64,000 nt of DNA. It comes from Archangium gephyra (GTDB lineage Bacteria; Myxococcota; Myxococcia; Myxococcales; Myxococcaceae). Below the pieces are notes generated by a model. The model did not search any database, was not told the origin of the DNA, and saw only the letters and a list, made by a program, of their open reading frames with translations. Below, in pieces: positions 59,113 through 64,000 of this stretch. The translations under genes and the position numbers were made by a program. Numbering within the stretch: position 1 is the first letter of the stretch; every line of letters begins with the position of its first letter. The stretch is taken from assembly GCA_003243425.1 (NCBI GenBank), contig QFQP01000014.1:32110-96109 (forward strand). Direction: 5' to 3'.

Positions 59113-59152
59113 GACCAACTGGTCTGTACACGTGGTTTGGACCAACTGGTCT
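59113..59152. promoter_or_regulatory. two direct copies of GACCAACTGGTCT (each an imperfect palindrome GACCA-AC-TGGTC), candidate TetR operators
   Basis: The copies are at 59113-59125 and 59140-59152, 27 bp apart, ending 7 nt before the TetR start codon. Confidence 0.55.
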
Positions 59153-59158
59153 ACACGC

Positions 59159-59794
59159 ATGCCACGCCCGCGCTACGAGAACCTGGAAGCAGAAAAAAAG
59201 CAGCGGCTGCTGAACGCCGCGATGACCGAGTTCGGAGCCCACGGCTACGAGCTGGCGTCGATCAACCGCATCCTCGACGAGGCCGGCTTTTCGAAGGGCT
59301 CGTTCTATTACTACTTCGACGACAAGCTGGACCTCGCGGCCACGACGTTGCTCCACGCGGGCGGCCCGCTGATGCACCTCGGCGAAATCCGCGCGCCGGG
59401 CTCCATCGCCGAGTTCTGGGACGAGCTGCGACGAACCTCGTACTACCGGCTCAAGAACCTCGAGACGAAGCGCCTCGAGTTCGACTGCCTGTCACGCCTC
59501 GGCGCCGCGATGGCGAAGAACCCCGAGTTGATGGCGCGCGTGATGCCCGTCTTCGGCCCGGCGCGCACGAAGATGATGGAGTTCCTGCAGCAAGGTCAGC
59601 AGCTCGGAGCGCTCCGCGCTGACCTGCCGATCGCCACCTACGTGGCCATGCTGGAAGCGGCGAAGACGAGCGCATTCTCGACGATGTTCCCCGAAGACCG
59701 GACGTTGTCCGACGCCGAGCTCGAGTCCTTCACGGACTTCATGCTCGACCTCGCGCAGCGCATCGGTGCACCCCCGAAAGGCCCGACGTCATGA
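59159..59794 (+). CDS. TetR/AcrR family transcriptional regulator
   Basis: The start was chosen at MPRPRYENL. The HTH is SINRILDEAGFSKGSFYYYF. The stop overlaps the next start (ATGA). Confidence 0.88.
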   Translation: MPRPRYENLEAEKKQRLLNAAMTEFGAHGYELASINRILDEAGFSKGSFYYYFDDKLDLAATTLLHAGGPLMHLGEIRAPGSIAEFWDELRRTSYYRLKNLETKRLEFDCLSRLGAAMAKNPELMARVMPVFGPARTKMMEFLQQGQQLGALRADLPIATYVAMLEAAKTSAFSTMFPEDRTLSDAELESFTDFMLDLAQRIGAPPKGPTS

Positions 59795-60570
59795 TCTCCA
59801 CGTTGCTGTTGGTGTCGCTGCTCGCGGCTTCAGACGCGCCGCCGGCAGACCTCGCGGCATGCCCGTCTGACGCCGAGAAGCCCGAAGTCGCGCCGCTCAT
59901 TTCGCGCATCGAACGCGTGATGGACGGCAAGTCGTCGGTGGCGGTGATGAAGATGAACATCAAGACGCCCTCGTTCGAACGCGTCGTGAAGATGAAGGTG
60001 TGGTCGAAGGGCCGCGACTTCGCGCTCGTCAAGGTGCTCGAAGGCGGCGCGCGCGATACGGGCATGATGACGCTCAAGCGCGAGTAGCAGCTGTGGAACT
60101 ACCTGCCGCAGGCCGGGCGCGTGATGAAGCTGCCGTCGGGAATGATGGGCGACAGCTGGATGGGCTCGGACTTCACCAACGATGACCTGGTGAAGGGCTC
60201 GTCGTTCGCCGCCGACTTCGACGCGAAGGTCGAGAAGGTGGGTGAGCACGACGGCCGCTCGGCCTGGTTCGTCACGCTCACGCCGAAGCCGAACGCCAAC
60301 GTGGTGTGGGGCCGGGTGGAGCTGGTGCTCGACCGCGCGAGCTGTCTGCCGCTCGAAGAACGCTTCTTCGACGAAGACGGAAAGCTCGCGCGTCGCATGC
60401 AGTTCGGCGAGCTCAAGAAGCTCGGCTGGCGCACCTACCCCATGCGCATGACCGTCGCGCCCGCCGAAGCCGGCCGGCAGACCATCATCAACTACGAGTC
60501 GGTCGAGCTCGATGGCGACGTGCCGGAAGACACGTTCAGCCTGCGCCGCCTGCAGTCCGGGAAGGACTGA
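59791..60570 (+). pseudogene. LolA-like outer-membrane lipoprotein-sorting protein interrupted by an in-frame TAG
   Basis: Track ORFs 59791-60087 and 60121-60570 are in the same frame. Read through the TAG at 60085-60087, the sequence is contiguous (TLKRE*QLWNYLPQAGRVMKLPSGMMGDSWMGSDFTNDDL), which is typical of the LolA_like family. Confidence 0.75.
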
Positions 60571-60573
60571 CCC

Positions 60574-61772
60574 GTGTTGATCGCCATGGCGTGGAGGAAC
60601 ATCTGGCGCAACGCGCGCCGCTCGATCATCACCATGACCGCGCTCGGCTTCGGCGTGGCAGGCATCGTCGGGCTCTACAGCTACCGCGAGGTCGCCAACG
60701 AGTACATCGTGCGCGACGTCACCACCGGGTTGATGGGCCACCTGCAGGTGCACGGTCGCGGCTACCAGGACGCGCCGTCGCTCACGACCGTGGTACCGCA
60801 CGCGCAGCAGGTCGAAGCGGCGGTGCTCGGGGCTTTGCCGGGGGCAAGGGCCGAACGCCGCGTGCTCGGCGCCGGTCTGGCCGGCTCGGGCGAGCGCTCG
60901 TCGCCGGTTTCGGTGCTCGGGGTCGAACCCGGGAAGAGTAGCCTGTACTCGCTCACCAGCGGCACAGACGTGCGCGACGTTCACGACGTGCTCGTGGGTC
61001 GCGACCTCGCCGAGGAGCTCGAGCTGGCGCCGGGCTCAGAGCTGGTGCTGGTCAGTCAGGCCACCGACGGTTCGGTGGCCAACGACCGCTCCACCGTCAG
61101 CGGGCACGTTCACGTCGAGCAGCGCCGAGATGGACGCATCGGCGGTGGTGCTTTCGCTCGAGGGGGCGCAGGCGTTCTTCGGCCTCGAAGACGGCGTGCA
61201 TCAGATCGTGGTGCGCTTGCCTGTCGATCGCGAATACGTGTCTACCGAAGTGAACGCGGCGCGTGCCGCGCTCGACCTGCAGTCGCTCGAGGCCTGTCGT
61301 GGAGCGAAATGCTGCCCGACATGAAGGCCTCGATGGACTCGAAGCGGAAGAGCCAGGGCGTGATGGACTTCGTCATCTTCCTCATCGTCGGCCTCGGCGT
61401 GTTCAACGCGATGACGATGTCGGTGTTCGAGCGCACGCGTGAGTTCGGCGTGCTGGCGTCGCTCGGTACGCCGCCGCGGCGGCTGCTCGGCATGGTGATG
61501 TTCGAGGCGCTCGGCAGGGCGTGATCGCCTTCGTCGCTGGCGTGTCGATCGCCGCGGCGGTGCTCTACGGCATCGGAACGGTCGACCTCTCGACCATCGC
61601 GCAAGGTGACGTCTTCGGCGTGCGCATGCCCTCGAAGATGGAGCTCGCGCTCGATTGGAGATCGCTCCAGGGCGCGGCGACGGTCGCCTTCTTCACGTCG
61701 CTGCTCGGCGCGTTGATCCCCGCGTTGCGCGCGGCGCGGCTCAACCCGGTGGAAGCGTTGAGGCACACATGA
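60574..61772 (+). pseudogene. FtsX/LolE-type ABC permease with three frame disruptions
   Basis: The conserved protein sequence is spread over three frames. It runs in the frame of 60574 up to about 61102, the frame of 61130 between about 61103 and 61294, back to the first frame up to about 61515, then the frame of 61521 to the end. Order was judged by comparison with the paralogous downstream permease. Confidence 0.75.
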
Positions 61773-62988
61773 GCGGCTCACTCTCACTGGGTTGGCGCAA
61801 CATCTGGCGCAATCGTCGGCGCACCGTCATCAGCATGGTGGCCATCGGCGTCGGGCTGCTGCTCGTCATCTTCTACTCGGGGATGGTGGGCGGAATGCTG
61901 GGCGAGGCAAAGAACCAGCTCGACAACGGCGGGCTCGGCCACGTCGAGGTGTTCGCGAAGGACTACCGGCCCCGGCGCGACGTCACGCGCGCGATGACCG
62001 GCGATTCCGAGTGGCGCTCGAAGCTCTCGTTGCCCGCAGGCGCAGAGGCAGGAACCCGCGTGCTGGCGCGAGGCCTGGCGACGTCGGCGCGCGGCAACGA
62101 ACCGGTGCAGGTGTTCGGCGTGGAGTGGTCGCAGGAGCCGGGTTGTCGGCGCACTTGCGCAAGCTCGCGCAAGGCGAGGTGCCGGGTGACGCGCGTGGCG
62201 TGGTCGTCGGTGAACAACTCGCCGAGCGGCTCGGGCTCAAGGTCGGCTCGAAGGTGCGGCTGATGGTTCAACGCACCGACGGCGAAATGGGCGCAGACCT
62301 GTTCCGCGTGCGCGGCATCTTCCATTCCATCGCGCCGGTGATTGGTCAGCGCCAGGTCTACGTCTCGCAAGAAGCAGCGCGGTCGCTCGTCGGGCTCGAG
62401 CACGGCTCGCACCAGCTGGTGATTCAACTCGATGACCCGCAGCAGGCTGAAGTGGTCGCGACGTCGCTGAAGCGCGCGCTCGGTGACGACTACGAGGTGA
62501 AGACGTGGGGCGAGCTGCTGCCCGTGCTCAAGCGCATGGACACGCTCACCAACAACGTCGTCTTCGCGCTCGCGTTCTTCGTCTACGTGCTGGTCGGCCT
62601 CGGCGTGCTCAACACCATGTTGATGTCGGTGCTGGAGCGCACGCGCGAGTTCGGCGTGCTCATGTCGCTGGGAACGCGCCCGAGCCGGATCATCAAGGTG
62701 GTGCTCGCCGAGGCGTTCTGGATCGGCACCTTGAGCGTGATCATCGGCGCCTCGCTCGGGGCGTTGCTCACCTGGCACTTCTCGCAGCACGGCCTGCAGC
62801 TGGGCGGCGCGAGTGAGTCGATTCAGCTCGAAGGCGTGACGCTGTCGAAGCTCGTGAAGACGCGCTTCATGTGGAGCGACGTCTTGAAGGCCGCAGGCTT
62901 CGTCTACGCGATGTCACTCATTGTCGGTCTCTACCCGGCATCTCGAATCACGTGCCTGCAGCCTGCCGAAGCGCTGCGTCGCGTCTGA
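61769..62988 (+). pseudogene. second FtsX/LolE-type ABC permease with one -1 frameshift
   Basis: The N-terminal 124 codons are in the frame of ATG 61769 (MSGSLSLGWRNIWRNRRRTVISM...VFGVEWSQEP). The remainder is in the frame of track ORF 61792-62988 (LSAHLRKLAQGEV...). The junction is near 62135-62145. Confidence 0.75.
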
Positions 62989-63001
62989 AAGGAGTCACAC
63001 C

Positions 63002-63691
63002 ATGGCCGTCGTCGAAGTCGAAAACGTGAGTCGTGTGTACGAAGAGAAGGGTCAACTGCCTGCCCAGGCGCTGCGCGGCGTTTCGCTGAAGGTCGAGAAG
63101 GGCGAGTTCATGGCGCTCTCGGGCCCGAGCGGTTCGGGCAAGACGACGTTGCTCAACCTCATCGGTGGGCTCGATCAGGTGTCGTCGGGCGAAATCCGCA
63201 TCGACGGTCGCGCACTGTCCGGGCTGTCGCGAAAAGACCTCGCCGACCTGCGCCGCGATCGCATCGGCTACGTGTTCCAGGCCTACAACCTGGTGCCGGT
63301 GCTGACCGCGTCGGAGAACGCGGCCTATGTGCTCGAGCTTCGCGGGGTCTCTGCTGCCGAGCGTCGCGCCCGCGTGAAGGCGGTGTTCGAGCGCATCGGG
63401 CTCGGCGCTCACCTCGACTCGAGGCCGCTGAAGATGAGCGGTGGTCAACAGCAGCGCGTCGCCGTGGCGCGCGCCATCGTGGCCGAGCCCGCCGTGATTC
63501 TCGCCGACGAGCCCACCGCCAACCTCGATCAGGCCACCGGCGCAGCGTTGATGGACCTGATGCGCGAGCTGAACCAGGAGCGCGGCATCACCTTCATCTT
63601 CTCGACCCACGACCCGATGGTGCTGGAGCGCGCGGATCGCGTGGTGAAGCTCATCGACGGACAGGTCGTGACCCACGCGCCCGCTCCGTGA
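63002..63691 (+). CDS. ABC transporter ATP-binding protein (LolD/MacB-type)
   Basis: The start was chosen at MAVVEVENV. It has Walker A GPSGSGKTT, the signature MSGGQQQRVAVARA and Walker B ILADEPT. Confidence 0.93.
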   Translation: MAVVEVENVSRVYEEKGQLPAQALRGVSLKVEKGEFMALSGPSGSGKTTLLNLIGGLDQVSSGEIRIDGRALSGLSRKDLADLRRDRIGYVFQAYNLVPVLTASENAAYVLELRGVSAAERRARVKAVFERIGLGAHLDSRPLKMSGGQQQRVAVARAIVAEPAVILADEPTANLDQATGAALMDLMRELNQERGITFIFSTHDPMVLERADRVVKLIDGQVVTHAPAP

Positions 63692-63692
63692 G

Positions 63693-64000
63693 GTGTTCGT
63701 TTTCTGTTGCCTCGCCTCGACAGCGTTCGGCGCTGAAGTCGCGAAGGACGGCAACGGCGGGCGGCTCGACGTCAGCGGCTTCTACAAGTCGTTGTTGTCG
63801 GGCGTGGTGTTGAACCCGAACAGCGTCTCGCTCTCGCGCACCCAGGCGGAGTTGTTCGAGCAGGCGAACGGCCCCGCGGTACCGACGATTCCAGACGCGG
63901 GCTTCTTGAACGCTCACCTCGTTCGCATGGCTTCGAAGTTCCGCTTCGAAGACAAGTTCGAGCTCGATGCCGCGTGGCAGCTGCAACTCACCATCGCGTC
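63693..64000 (+). CDS. secreted protein, 3' end cut by window edge
   Basis: This ORF is not in the track because it is open-ended. A GTG at 63693 sits 1 nt after the ATPase stop. The translation is MFVFCCLASTAFGAEVAKDGNGGRLDVSGFYKSLLSG..., with strongly G+C-rich third positions. The antisense track ORF 63651-63986 looks like shadow. Confidence 0.5.
   Translation, partial: MFVFCCLASTAFGAEVAKDGNGGRLDVSGFYKSLLSGVVLNPNSVSLSRTQAELFEQANGPAVPTIPDAGFLNAHLVRMASKFRFEDKFELDAAWQLQLTIA

Noticed and set aside
59830-60984. 384-aa minus-strand ORF
   Set aside because: It is antisense to the LolA-like gene and the first permease, and its translation is Arg/His/Ala-rich.
61130-61324. 64-aa ORF as an independent small gene
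   Set aside because: Its sequence is the missing conserved segment of the FtsX permease periplasmic domain. It is better explained as the ancestral frame between two compensating indels.

Overview
This is a high-G+C chromosomal segment (roughly two-thirds G+C by eye, not computed). It is densely coding, and its gene content and order point to a myxobacterium (Myxococcota).

Gene content, 5' to 3':
- An NtrC-regulator / histidine-kinase / NtrC-regulator module, a small XRE gene, and the type IVa pilus alignment/secretin operon pilMNOPQ. An orphan lipoprotein and a Roadblock/LC7 protein are coupled to the end of that operon.
- efp-accB-accC.
- A long co-directional block: a TPR protein (SgmX-like by position), an ExeA-like AAA ATPase, a TamB-like protein, an Omp85/TamA-like protein and an acyltransferase.
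- A minus-strand GNAT / aminotransferase / Ppx / MFS operon, then fabH-like and tolQ-tolR-tolA-like-tolB.
- Several lipoproteins, murI, and a peptidoglycan-binding Cys/His enzyme next to a short SUKH-like ORF.
- A CarF/TMEM189-type desaturase, an MBL hydrolase, a GH1 glycosidase, katG, and ompA-like-ligA.
- A DUF2089/DUF4097-like pair, a heptad-repeat coiled-coil protein, rho followed by three Cys-rich lipoproteins, an aldo/keto reductase, and map.
- A PATAN-type double response regulator.
- A TetR-controlled LolA-like/FtsX/FtsX/ABC operon.

I found no rRNA, tRNA, CRISPR array, transposase or integrase. I cannot demonstrate a clearly unprecedented multi-gene system from sequence alone.

Observations most worth follow-up:
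1. A 9-unit, 21-bp tandem array fills the convergent spacer at 37759-37946.
2. Five coding lesions are concentrated in three adjacent genes of the TetR/LolA-like/FtsX operon: an in-frame amber codon, a compensated +1/-1 frameshift pair that leaves the ORF open, and two -1 frameshifts. The other roughly 59 kb look intact.
3. A lipoprotein GH1 enzyme has its acid/base Glu replaced by Gln, the substitution seen in myrosinases.
4. The pil locus has no pilin gene after the PilR-like regulator. It carries an uncharacterised Cys-rich lipoprotein plus a Roadblock protein coupled to pilQ, and a possible roughly 12-kb operon links a polarity-type TPR protein to outer-membrane biogenesis genes.
5. A peptidoglycan-binding papain-like enzyme has no obvious signal peptide.

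Start codons were refined by eye using signal peptides, Shine-Dalgarno-like motifs and overlap with neighbouring genes, and remain provisional. Many long ORFs in the track are antisense shadows typical of high-G+C DNA and were rejected.
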